Origin: the human T2T-CHM13v2.0 reference genome, Homo sapiens
Length of the DNA: 64,000 bases
Assembly: GCF_009914755.1 (NCBI RefSeq)
Contig: NC_060945.1
Direction: 5' to 3' (one strand)
Shown one piece after another: positions 30,841-42,003 of the stretch. The notes under the pieces were generated by a model. That model saw only the letters and a list, made by a program, of their open reading frames with translations. It was not told where the DNA came from and did not search any database. The number at the start of each line of letters is the position of its first letter. Within the stretch, counting starts at the first letter, position 1. Both the position numbers and the translations under genes were made by a program.

Positions 30841-31234
30841 TATTGTTCCTAATTGTGGCTACACACTAAAGTCAGGCATCAGAGCAGCTTTTAATAGATA
30901 GCAGGGCCAGATGCCAGACCAACTAGATAAGATTCTATGAAGGAGCGGCCTCTCAACCTCATTCTAAGTATTCTCTAAATGATTACAGCATTATTGGGAA
31001 TATACATACATTCCTCTTCATATAGGAACGCCATGTTTACAATCTTGACTACTAGAATCAACTTAAAATTAGTAAAGTGCAGATGATAGGTTTATTTTTG
31101 CCCAGTTAAAATTATGCTAGGAATTCTTGTGTTTTCTAGGCAGATAATTCCGTTTTTTAGATCCCTATTCTAGAAGTCAGTGTTGAAGTGCCAATAATTC
31201 TACACAAGTGGGAGAAGTTATTAATAAAAGCTAA

Positions 31235-31634
31235 TGTAGCAGGATGAGCCGCAGATGGTTAAAGAAGGAAGAGGCTTTATTCAGCCGGGAGCATCGGCCA
31301 ACTTGTGTCTCAAGAACCAAGCTCTCCGAAGAAAGAGTTCCTGGCCCTTTTAAAGGCTTACAACCCTAAGAAGCCTACTTGAAAGGGTCGTGATAGATTG
31401 AGCAAGCAGGGGGTACATGACTATGTCCACATACGTTAGTGGTGGGGGTAAGCAATGCAAGTATTTCTGCATACCATTGTCTGTGATCTATAGATAGCAC
31501 AAGTGATTAGGGTGGGGGTTATCTTTAACCTACAGGTCTGGCCAATGGCACCGATCAGTCTGTTGTTTTTCAGCTTTTACTTCCTTCTTCTCTTCCGAGA
31601 CAGGGGACAGTAAGAGAAATAGCCTCTTTCCTCA
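31235..31634 (-). mobile_element. ERV1 solo LTR (MER61/LTR15-related group)
   Basis: Minus strand runs TGAGGAAAG...GCTGAATAAAGCC...CTGCGGCTCATCCTGCTACA; 4-bp TSD CTAA/GTAA. Confidence 0.8.
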
Positions 31635-31834
31635 GTAACAAAGAATAATTAGCAAAAATTTCAACAGTTGACATAACCTTCTGCTAATACTCTGCTAATG
31701 CCATCCTCTGCTATTCAACTCCACGTGTACTTCCTCTCTATTCCCAGCTTTGAGCTTCTCGAGGCTGCTACTGGGGAGAACCGTGCTTCTGCAACCGTTT
31801 CCTATGTATATATTGGACCATGACTCCCTTCACT

Positions 31835-32303
31835 TGAGAGAAGAGAGAGACTCTCTCATATTGTTTTATATTGTTTTATATTCAGTAAAAACAACAAGGA
31901 AGTAAAACCAAAGACAGGCAGCCCGGCGCCAGGCCCAAAACCAGGCTTGGGCCTGCCTGGCCTAAACCCAGTAGTTAAAAATCAACCTATGATTTAGAAG
32001 CCAATATTATTCATCGATTCCAGACATTATATAGAAGAACACTGTGAAACTCCCTGCCCTGTTCTGTTCCTCCCTGACCACCGGTGCATGCAGCCCCTGT
32101 CAGGTACCCCTTGCTTGCTCAAATCAATCACGACCCTTTCATGTGAAATCTTTAGTGTTGTGAGCCCTTAAAAGGGACAGAAATTGTGCACTTGGGGAGC
32201 TCGGATTTTGACACAGTAGCTGGCCGATGCTCCCAGCTGAATAAAGCCCTTCCTTCTACAACTCGGTGTCTGAGAGGTTTTGTCTGCGGCTCGTCCTGCT
32301 ACA
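31835..32303 (+). mobile_element. ERV1 solo LTR (LTR15-like)
   Basis: TGAGAG...CTCTCATATTGTTTTATATTGTTTTATA...GAATAAAGCCC...GCGGCTCGTCCTGCTACA; perfect 4-bp TSD CACT. Confidence 0.85.
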
Positions 32304-34554
32304 CACTACCTTTGATGGAGCCCTAACTTGCCATCTGCCTCTGATTTCCCAAACATGTGTTAAAATCTCTGTGCCACCAATTATTTTCTTTCTTGCTATC
32401 TCTGCATATTATGTTACATTTTTTTCCTTAAGGAGTCATCAGAGGGAAAAAAGAGAAATATATTTGATATATAACATATTAATGTCGTTTACATTATGCC
32501 CCTTTTCAATTGTCTCAGAGCACAAGGCTGTAGATAAAAGCTGTTAGGATAGAATAAAATAAAACCATACTTACATTGTGTTTACGGAAATATCTATAAA
32601 TAGAAATAACTGTTTATATGCTTGTTTTTGAAATTTAGTATTGACTTTTTTTTAATTAAAAATGAAAAAAAAATTCAAACATTTTAATCTATTGGCCTCC
32701 AAAGTACAACTTTGGTGTTTTTCCTGTTCCATTTATTTTAATAAAAATTACCATATAACTGGGTTGAAATCACTCTAATTGTCACCATATTTTTACTGTT
32801 GAGGGATTTCTTTTCCTGCGATTTTGTCTTCTATCTGTTCATGAATAATTTTCAAAAACGGAGCTCTCATATTTAGGCAGCTTTCTTGCAGTGCAACACC
32901 TCATCGCCTGCACTGCAGGATACCCCAGATGCATGCCTCGCACATCACATTGGGTATATCAAAGACAGAATGTTTACATTTATCTCAAATGCCTCAATAT
33001 TCTGTTTTAGGTCATTCTGTTTAGGGTCATTAGGAAAATCTGCAAAATTGCTGTATCTGGGATTTTATTAAATTAAGACATCTCTTTTAATCTTAGTTTT
33101 TTAAGGAGTATATAAATTTTGTTGGAACTAAACTTGGGACATAAAATTTCCATGGGAAAAATATGACTAGGAAAACCATGGGGCTTCAGAAGAAAAATAG
33201 GTTGTTACATTTTGAGGACAAAATAATACAGAACTATGTTTAATTATATATGGCTTAAATATGCTTTCAAAATGTTAACTTCTGATGTATCACAAAAAAG
33301 TTGAAATAAGCATTTGATTTGCTGGGGACATCGTCACCTTTCCAGTGAGATCACCTTTCTGGCCTCTAAGGACAGAAGCAGAAGCTGTTATTCCAATGTT
33401 TAATCACTAGAACATATGTTGAGATGACACTTGTGTGGCACTTCTATGATTTAACAGCAGTAAAGTTAGTAATGTCAGTGAAAACGGTGGAATAGCTCAA
33501 AGAAGCAGACCCCTCACAGAAATATTCCAACTTCAAAGAAAACCTGTTAGAAACAACTTTGTCAGAATTCTAGGAAACAGTGACAGGCTCATAGCAACAA
33601 AGCAAATGCTGAATTAAGAAAAAGACAATGTAAAAATGATAGAAATGCTTTGACATTTTCACTTGTCCTTGCCACACTCCCCCACTCAGCTCAGGGGTAA
33701 TCTTGAAGATGGCAGCCTTCATTTCTAGTGGAATCCCTGGTTCCAGAGGAGGCAAAGAATTGCATTTGCCTGCTCTAAATTGCCTGGGGGCTTCCCAAAG
33801 TGTTGACACAAGGAACTTGTCTTTGTTTAGCATAACTGGGAACTGGGTCTGAAAATCTATAGAATTGACTAATAAACATTGTAAGGCAAGTGCAAAACCC
33901 ACAGCCGCCTGGGGCAAAAGATTACAACGGAAGCAACAATAGAGTCCCAAAAGCCTAGGAGGGAAAACTGGGGAGAGAGTTTCACTGGGAAATTAGGGCA
34001 TTCAAAAGTTTCTGAGTCTACTTGGAATTTAGAAAATCACATGCATGCCCAGGGTAAGACTCATGCTAAGAAAAGACCTGTGAATATGCAACATTTTCCC
34101 CTTTGGCTAAACTCCATGCAAGTGCAAACAGGATGTACAGGCTAAGGCAGAGTTTTAAATGGCCCGGCTGAGCATTGAAGGATTTCCTCATCACAAAGCC
34201 AGACTGCAAAGATAGGGGAAGGTTTTTGATTTACGCTTTCTTATCTTCTCTCTGTCTGTGTCTCTCTCCGTCTACCTCTGACATTCAAGGAAATAACTGC
34301 CAAAACTCTAGCTAGACAAAAATTAAAGGAAAAGCTACGTCAGCGACCAAATATTACAAAAATTACAGGTCTACAGTTTAACAACAAAAAGAAGACCAAA
34401 TTAAGTGGGCAAAGGGTATAGACATTTCCCCAAAGAATTATACAAAGAACCAAGAAGCAGAAAGCCCTTGAAATGATGCTCAATATCATTTGTCATTAAG
34501 GAAATGCAAATCAAAACCACAATTGAGATACCACTTCTCACCAACTAGGATGGC

Positions 34555-35473
34555 TTTTTTAAAAATTTAACTTATATTTTAAGTTCAGCGGTACAATTGC
34601 AGGTTTGTTATATAGGTAAACTTGTGTCGTGGTAACTTGTTATATAGGTAAACTTGTGTTTGTTGTATAGATTATTTTATCACCCAGCTATCACACCTAG
34701 TGCTCATTAATTATTTTTCCTGATCTTCTTCCTCCTCCTACCCTCTGTCAGGCCTCTGAGCAGAAGCTAAGCCATCATAACCCCTGTGACCTGCATGTAT
34801 ACATCCAGACGGCCTGGAGCAATGGAAGAACAACAAAAGATGACATTCCATCATTTGATTTGTTCCTGCCCCACCCCAACTAATCAATCGACCTTGTGAC
34901 ATTCCTCCCCTGGACAATGAGTCCCATGATCTCCCCACCCTGCACCTTGTGACCCCTGCCCCTGCCCGCAAGAGATAACCAACTTTAACTGTAATTTTCC
35001 ATTACCTACCCAAATCCTATAAAACTGCCCCACTCCTATCTCCCTTTGCTGAATCCTTTCTCGGACTCAGCCCACTTGCACCCAAGTGAATAAACAGCCT
35101 TGTTGCTCACACGAAGCCTGTTGGTGGACTCTCTTCACATGGATGTGCGTGACACCCTCTACCCTCCAATAGGCCCCAATGTGTGTTATTCCCCTCTATG
35201 TGTCCATGTGTTCTTATTATTTAGCTCCCACTTACAAGTGAGAGCATGCAGTATTTGGTTTTCTGTTTCTGCATCAGTTTGCTAAGGATAATGGCCTCCA
35301 GCTCCATCCATGTTCCCGAAATGATCTTGTTCTTTTTAATGCCTGTATAGTATTCCACAGTGTATATGTACAAAATTTTATTTATCCAGTCTACCACTGA
35401 TGGACATTTAGGTTGATTCCATGTCTTTGCTATTGTGAATAGTGCTGCAATGAACATACATGTACATGTGTCT
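34555..35473 (-). mobile_element. 5'-truncated older L1PA 3' end (L1PA13-16-like), split by LTR7C
   Basis: TTTTAAGTTCAG.GGTACA...CAGGTTTGTTA.ATAGGTAAAC; GATAATGGCCTCCAGCTCCATCCATGTT; ORF 35221..35457 gives the L1 C-terminal MFIAALFTIAKTWNQPKCPS. Confidence 0.9.
34746..35154 (+). mobile_element. HERV-H solo LTR (LTR7 family, LTR7C-like)
   Basis: TGTCAGGCCTCTGAGC..AAGCTAAGCCATCATA start, CCTATAAAA TATA box, AATAAA, ...GCGTGACA end; perfect TSD CCCTC. Confidence 0.92.
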
Positions 35474-35474
35474 G

Positions 35475-35569
35475 GGAAGGAGGGAAGGAAGGACGGAAGG
35501 AGGGAAGGAAGGAAGGAAGGAAGGAAGGAAGGAAGGAAGGAAGGAAGGAAGGAAGGAAGGAAGGAAGGA
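35475..35569. repeat. (GGAA)n microsatellite with 16 uninterrupted units (35503-35566)
   Basis: Counted directly. Confidence 0.98.
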
Positions 35570-35861
35570 CAAGTGTTGGCAGTAAATATGTAGAGAAATG
35601 AGAATACTTATACATTGTAGGAATATAAAATAATTCAGCTGCTATGAAAAAGAGTTTGGGAGCACCTCAAAACATAAACATAGAATTATCATATGATCTT
35701 CTAATTCTATTTCTGGAGGTACACCCTCCAGTGTTGAAAAACTAGTACTCAAACAAGTCAGTGTACATAAACATTAATAGCAGGACTATTCACAATAGCC
35801 AAGGTGGAAATAACCAAATGTTCACAAACAGATAAATAGATATCAAATTATGGTGTGTATT

Positions 35862-35906
<45 letters not shown>

Positions 35907-35942
35907 AATGGAATATTACTGAGCCATATAAAAATGGAGTAA

Positions 35943-36718
35943 AGCTATAGTGTGAATATTGGTGTCTGAGGCCATTTTATGTTGCTTATAATACCTGAAT
36001 CTGGTTAATTTATAAAGAGAAGGAATGTATTTCCTACAATTATGGAGACTGAGAAGTTCAAGGTTAAGGAGGTGCACTTGGCGAGAGCCTTCTTGCTGAT
36101 GAGGACTCTCTGAAGAGTCCTGAAGCCTCACAGGGTAAGATAGGGCAAGGAGGATGCGCATGCTACTCAGATATCTCTTGCTCTTACCATAAAGCCACCA
36201 GTCCCTCCTCCATGATAGCCCATTAATTCTTTAACTCATTAATCCATGAATGGTATCTGCCCTCACGATCCAATCACCCATTAAAGGTCCCATCTTTCAA
36301 CACTGCCACATTGGGGATTAAATTTCAACATGAATTTTGGAGGGGACAGATATTCAAACCATAGCAGTTGGTGCCCCCACCACTATCTAATTTACGTGTT
36401 AGAACCTAACACCCAATGTGATAAACCCAATGTGATAGCATTGAGTTGGGGCCTCTGAGAATAAGTAAGTCATAAGGACTCTGCTTAGTGCCCTTATAAA
36501 GGAAGCTTAAGTGAGCTGCCTTGCAAGTTCCATCATGCAAGAATGCAGCAAGAAGCCTTCCTCTTTGAAGCACAGCACAAGCCTCACCAGATATTGAATT
36601 TGTTGGTGGCTTCATCTTGGACTCCCCAAACTCAACAACTATAAGCAATAAATTTCTGTTGTTTACAAATTCTCTAGTCTAAGATATTTTGTTAGAGCAG
36701 CTAGAACAAACCAAGACA
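35943..36718 (+). mobile_element. MLT1A-type MaLR LTR, split by an MST LTR
   Basis: GCTATAGTGTGAAT...CCCAATGTGATAG...AATAAATTTCTGTTGTTTA...CCAAGACA; TSD AGTAA/AGTAC. Confidence 0.8.
35963..36366 (-). mobile_element. MSTB1/MSTC-type MaLR LTR
   Basis: Ends TTTTGGAGGGGACAGATATTCAAACCATAGCA; TSD ATTGG/GTTGG. Confidence 0.85.
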
Positions 36719-37354
36719 AGTACTGACACAATAATAAGGATGAATCTGAAAAAAAAAAAAATTATACCTAGTCAAAGAAGCCAGACACAAAATGTCACAG
36801 ATTGTATGATTTCATGTATGAAATATCCATAATAGGTAAATCCAGAGAGACAGACAGAAAGCAGATTGGTAATTGACAGAGGCTGGAGGATGAGAGAATG
36901 AGGAGTAACTGCTTGATAGGTACAAAATTTTCTTAGGGGATAATATATTTTGGAGCTTAATAGAGGTGGGCATATATAAGATTGTAAGTGTACTGAATGC
37001 CACTGATTTTTTCACTTTAAAATGGATCTTAAAATGGTTAATCTTATGTTACATGAATTTCACCTAAACTAAAACAAAAAAGTAAAAGCTACAAACTTCT
37101 TGCTGTCCTCAAAAACAATGATACCCAATTTATATATGAAAATCTCCCAATGACCAGAGGTGGTTTATGTTACTTTGAAATTGACATAAACTGAAAGATG
37201 TAAATATTATTTGTAAATTTCAGTGGCCCTGAAAACTTTCTGTAACGAGTTAAGAAATAACAGTATGTACTAATAAATTAATTAATATTTCCTTAAAATC
37301 GTAAGTTTCTTTGACTAAATCATATGACTCTTACTTGGAAAGAGTTAGAGGCAT

Positions 37355-37641
37355 TGTTGTGAATCTTACCAGAATATGCCACCCCAACATAGACCTTTTG
37401 CCCTGTGAATTATTTTGAGCTAGGACTCCTGAGAACCAGCAGACTCAGGAAAAGCTCTAAAAACAGGGCACTAATTTTCCCTTTGTAAAGGAAATTTCCA
37501 TTTGTAAAGGTCTCTCCTTCTCCAGAAAGAGGTGGAAAGTTCTCAGGACCTTTTAAGAGTGTGCCTTGGGCCTTGATCACTCACATATGACTCAGAATAA
37601 ACCTCTTTAAATATTTTACAGAATTTGACTCTTTGTCAACA
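37355..37641 (+). mobile_element. MER4-group LTR composite (MER34/39-like 5' part plus MER4-like 3' end)
   Basis: ACCAGAATATGCCACCCCAA start; CTCAGAATAAACCTCTTTAAATATTTTACAGAATTTGACTCTTTGTCAACA end. Confidence 0.65.
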
Positions 37642-38576
37642 ATATCAGAATAGGTTAAATATCCAAAATTTCTGCAAATTGAAATACCAATTTCAAACTT
37701 TTTTTCACAAAAACACAAATTGTCATTAAATTTGGTGGCTGTTCATACTCACGGGAATAATCTGAACATAACACATTTTCCTGCATTGGCCATTTACCCA
37801 GAAGGCCTACATTTTTTTCCATCTCTCTCTTCAACTTATTTTTCTTAGCAGAAATTTTGATGTCTTAGAATCTACCAGGATTCTTACAGTTAGATAGTAA
37901 ATAATTTCATTCAAATTAATTAGAGATTTAAAATGAAGTTGCTGAATAAATATTTGAGAATATTTAATCAATAATATACTATTTTTAAACCATTCTTCTT
38001 TGCTTTTTCTCTCTCCCTCTCTCCTCTCTTTGAAAGTCATTTAACTATTACCTGTTGAAAGCCCTGCAGGTGACTCAGTATTACCCTCATTATTCATGGT
38101 AACAGGAGCAAGAAAACTAAAGGAGCTTTTGTTCCTAGGCAGTCAAAACAAGATAGGCCAACAATAGTTACAAAGCTATGAATTCAGTACTAATCAGAGA
38201 TTTGGAGGGTTTTTGTGAACCTGCTATTCTTCAGAAACCCTTAATTCTTTCAGTTTCTCCTTTCGCATACATTCTGTGTCTTCTGTCAAATGAAATGTAG
38301 CATCTCTGTACACAGAAAGTTTCTGAGCTAAGTATATGTAACACGAGTTTCCTTTCCAAGATTCAACACCTATGCATTGCAATCAAATCTCTTTTATACT
38401 GCATTGTATAAGCACATAAAGGCATCAGTTTAATAAATTAATTTTTATTGAGCCTCTGTTAGTAAAAAATTATGCAATTCAATGGTATAGTGCATTAAAA
38501 ATATATGAAGTGGTTTTATACTCTTTTCTGTGCAAAGGTGTTGAAAAAGTAACTATCCAAGGTTAATTACCGTCAG

Positions 38577-38632
38577 TAGTAGGAGAATATTTTGTTAAGT
38601 AAATTTAGTAGGACAATATTTTGTTAAGTAAA
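38577..38632. repeat. 29-bp tandem duplication
   Basis: TAGTAGGA[G/C]AATATTTTGTTAAGTAAA at 38577 and 38606. Confidence 0.9.
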
Positions 38633-39693
38633 ACTAAATTATGTTTATACCTTGCTGTGATCTTATTTTATAATGTTAAAGTTAAAGGTTACCTTACAAA
38701 ACATAATTACCAACTTGCAAAAGTATTTTAAGGGTCCGTTATTACTTTGCATCATTGAATAAAGTGTTTAAAAATTGTGTGATAGTGAACAAAATGTACT
38801 TAGACTATATTAGTAGATCAATAATAATAATAATTACACTGTTTTTGCCAGGCCCAGCATTTGAGAGAAAACTATGCATAAGCAAAGGTATAGATGGTAG
38901 AAGGGAATACAGGATAGAAAAAACACATTTAAAATGCTTCTAATAATTTTCCAATTTTAAAAAGTGTCTAAAATCTCTCTCCATTTCTTTATCTTTTTGA
39001 AAAATTTTGATGACTAGGAAGTTGCTGTTTCATCTAAAATATGATAAAACCTCTGAAAACTAACTCCAGTCAATGTGAAATTTGGCAGGGCCTATTATCT
39101 CTGAGCTACTTCTTGGATTAACCTCTGTAGTGTAATGGAGACTGTTAAGACTCCTGGGAGTGACAACAACCACAGTGACAGGAGAACACCTGGTTATTGG
39201 CATTTCATCCTTTATAATAGATGCCCAAACAGGTCCCCAGACACCTGCAGAAATTACTAGGGTGTGTTAGACCATGACAGTTGATAAATTATTACCAGAC
39301 ACAATCTGGAAATGGGCTTCTAAGCTTTACTATCATCTCTGAAGGAAAAAATACGATTTGCCTACTGGGAGGAAAACTCAGCTAAATATTCTAAATGAAA
39401 AATCAAAATATATGCATAAGATAAGCTAGCATTCAATAGCTCTTAGCAAAATTTGACGACAAAATAATGTTTAGAAAATGTTCAAAAATAACAAGGGTAT
39501 AATATAATTAATGTATATCAAAAAATGACAATTTTTTGGAGACTTACAGTTTTTATGCACAAGGACACAGTACTGCTAACAGTAACTATATAAAATTTTA
39601 AACAGAAAATAAAAACAATGGTAGAATATTAGCATCGGTGCCAATTCTACATTTTAATTATGTATAGTGCAAAATATGTTAGACTTCCATATA

Positions 39694-39750
39694 TTCATGC
39701 TAACCTAGTTGATGCTAATCTAGATCTAACCTAGTTCATGCTAACCTAGA
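39694..39750. repeat. ~15-bp degenerate tandem repeat (TTCATGCTAACCTAG)
   Basis: About four variant copies. Confidence 0.8.
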
Positions 39751-39865
39751 TGATCTTCCCAATGTTGTAGAGGAAAATTTAGTGACAATAAAGCTTACTG
39801 AGTGTCCACTCTGGATACCTACTCAAATATTTCCTAATATGGGTATGTAATGCATATGCATGAAA

Positions 39866-40766
39866 ATTCTTTCCTCCCTACTCTTGCACTCACACTTAAC
39901 ACAGAACTCTTCCATAACCAAATGTGTGTTGTTTGTTTTTTCCCTCACAACAATTTAATTCTCGAATTCTCTGCAGACCCCAGTTGGGTGCCCTGCAACT
40001 GAATGAATTCTGATGTTCACTGTAATTAGCACAAATCCCACAGGTTAAGGGCTCAGTCGCACAAACTGTCCACACATCCGAAGCCAACCGTAAGTCCCAG
40101 GTTTTTACTTGTACTTCTGACTTTCTGGCTATAAATTGGGATTTCCATGACCCCTTTCCTCAAGTTCAGTCATTTTCCAAAAGGGTTCACATGACTCAGG
40201 GAAACATTTTACCTATATTACTAGTTTATTATATATTAAAGGATATGATAGAGGTTACAGGTGAACAGCCAGATGAAGAGAGGGGCATCGGGTGAGGTCC
40301 AGAAGTTTCTTGAGTGCAAAAGCTTTTCTCACCACAAAGTTGAGGGGTGCCACACTCCCCATATGTGGATAAGTTCACGAAACTAGGAGATCTTCAAACC
40401 CCATAGTTTAGGGATTTTTTTAATGGAGGCTTCTTCACGTACACTCAATCTCCAGCCCCTCTTTCCTTCCCAGAGGATGAGAAATAGGGCTGAACATTCC
40501 AAACTTCTAATCATGACTTGGCCCCTCTGATGACCAGCTCCAATGCAGGAGCCCACCATGAGTTGCCCTATTAGAAGAAGAGATGCTCTTATCACCTAGA
40601 GAATTTATAAACACTAGGAGCTCTGTGCAAGGAACGGGGCTCAAAGATCAAATATTAGTAAAAATGACACATTTAGTACCCCCATTGCTCAGGACATTAT
40701 AAGGTTTTTAGAAGCTTTGTGACAGAAACTAGGGGCAGAGACCAAATATTTTTAAATTATGTCTCA
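39866..40766 (-). mobile_element. MER21B/C-type ERV LTR
   Basis: CCCACAGGTTAAGGGCTCAGTC; GAACAGCCAGATGAAGAG; GGGGCAGAGACCAAATAT end. Confidence 0.8.
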
Positions 40767-40799
40767 TATCTATATCTATATCTATGTCTTACACCCAAA

Positions 40800-41083
40800 T
40801 AGACATTGGTGTCACAAACTATCATATCTCTAATCTATTTATATTTTTAAAAATTATTTATTGTCCCACAAGCGGCCTTTCTCCCTGTCTTTTTCTCTAT
40901 TAAAATGGTGTATAAGCTACTCTTTTGGGTATTCACCTCCTCTTGTCATGCTCCCATGCATACAAAATTAAAAATTATACGTTTGTATGCCTTTTCTCCT
41001 GTCAGTCTGTCTCTTGTCACTTTATTTTTCAGATCCAGCAGGAGAACAGAAGAGGTACAGAGGGAAAGTTTTTCTCTCCTACA
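40800..41083 (+). mobile_element. MER34/MER39-like LTR 3' part
   Basis: TTTGTATGCCTTTTCTCCTGT...GAGGGAAAGTTTTTCTCTCCTACA end. Confidence 0.6.
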
Positions 41084-41269
41084 GGGCCAATACAATATGC
41101 TATTGTTAAAATTGTAAACTGAAGCATAATAATATTTTAAAGTGCTTATTTGAACAAACAACAATTTATGAATCCAGCAGCTCCAGAACAGAAGTGGTTC
41201 AGGGATTCCCTGGAGGAAGCATAAGGTATAGGCTTTTCTAGAGTGAATATGAAAGTAGTATAAAGAAAG

Positions 41270-41633
41270 GGATATGGTTTGGCTGTGTCCCCACCCACAT
41301 CTCATATTGAATTGTGATTTCCATAATCTCCACGTGTCATGTGAGGGACCCAGTGGGAGATCATTTAATCATGGGGGTGGGTTTTTCATGTGCTGTTCTT
41401 GTGAGAGTGAATAAGTTTCATGAGATCTGATGGTTTTGTAAAGAACAGTTCCCTTGCACATTCTCTCTTGCCTGCCACCATGTAAGACATGCCTTTGCTC
41501 TTTCTTTGACTTCTGCCATGATTTTGAGGCCTTCCCAGCCATACGGAACTGTAAGTCCATTAAACCTCTTTTTCTTTATAAATTACCCAGGCTCAGGTAT
41601 TTCTTCATAGCAGTATGAAAAGGGACTAATACA
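41270..41633 (+). mobile_element. THE1 (B/C-like) MaLR solo LTR
   Basis: GATATGGTTTGGCTGTGTCCCCACCC...GGACTAATACA; perfect TSD GAAAG. Confidence 0.93.
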
Positions 41634-41767
41634 GAAAGTGTATTTGATTAGTTACAGTTATAAGTTTTCTTATTTGGTCTATCCTGCTGGAAATATCTAG
41701 TCATATATTTAGAAGTTTGCTGGCTGCCTCTGATTTACTGAACTTAGGTGTTTATATATATATATAT

Positions 41768-42003
41768 AAACCAATTAGGCCTGATAAGTGACCTTAACCT
41801 TGCTGGATTTGAAAACATAAGCAAAACTTAACTTGAGTTATTTCTTGTAAATGTCTATATATATATAGACATTTGTTTATATATATATATAAAAATGTCT
41901 ATATATATATATATAGACATTTACAAGAAATAACTCAAGTTAAGTTTTGCTTATGTTTTCAAATCCAGCAAGGTTAAGGTCACTTATCAGGCCTAATTGG
42001 TTT
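41768..42003. repeat. Perfect inverted repeat, 100-bp arms (41768-41867 / 41904-42003)
   Basis: Base-by-base reverse-complement match; the 36-bp spacer is itself largely palindromic. Confidence 0.97.

Larger units (their letters stand above)
33465..37085 (+). mobile_element. Old L1M(B-like) element: 5'UTR-like segment joined to ORF2 C-terminus and 3'UTR; host of nested insertions
   Basis: GGAAATGCAAATCAAAACCACAA..GAGATACCAC (34501), TATTCACAATAGCCAA (35787) and an L1MB-type 3' end (36720-37085). Assignment of 33465-34380 to the 5'UTR is less certain. Confidence 0.7.

Noticed and set aside
33570-33950. 126-aa minus-strand ORF
   Set aside because: Antisense to L1 5'UTR-like sequence, with no recognisable domain.
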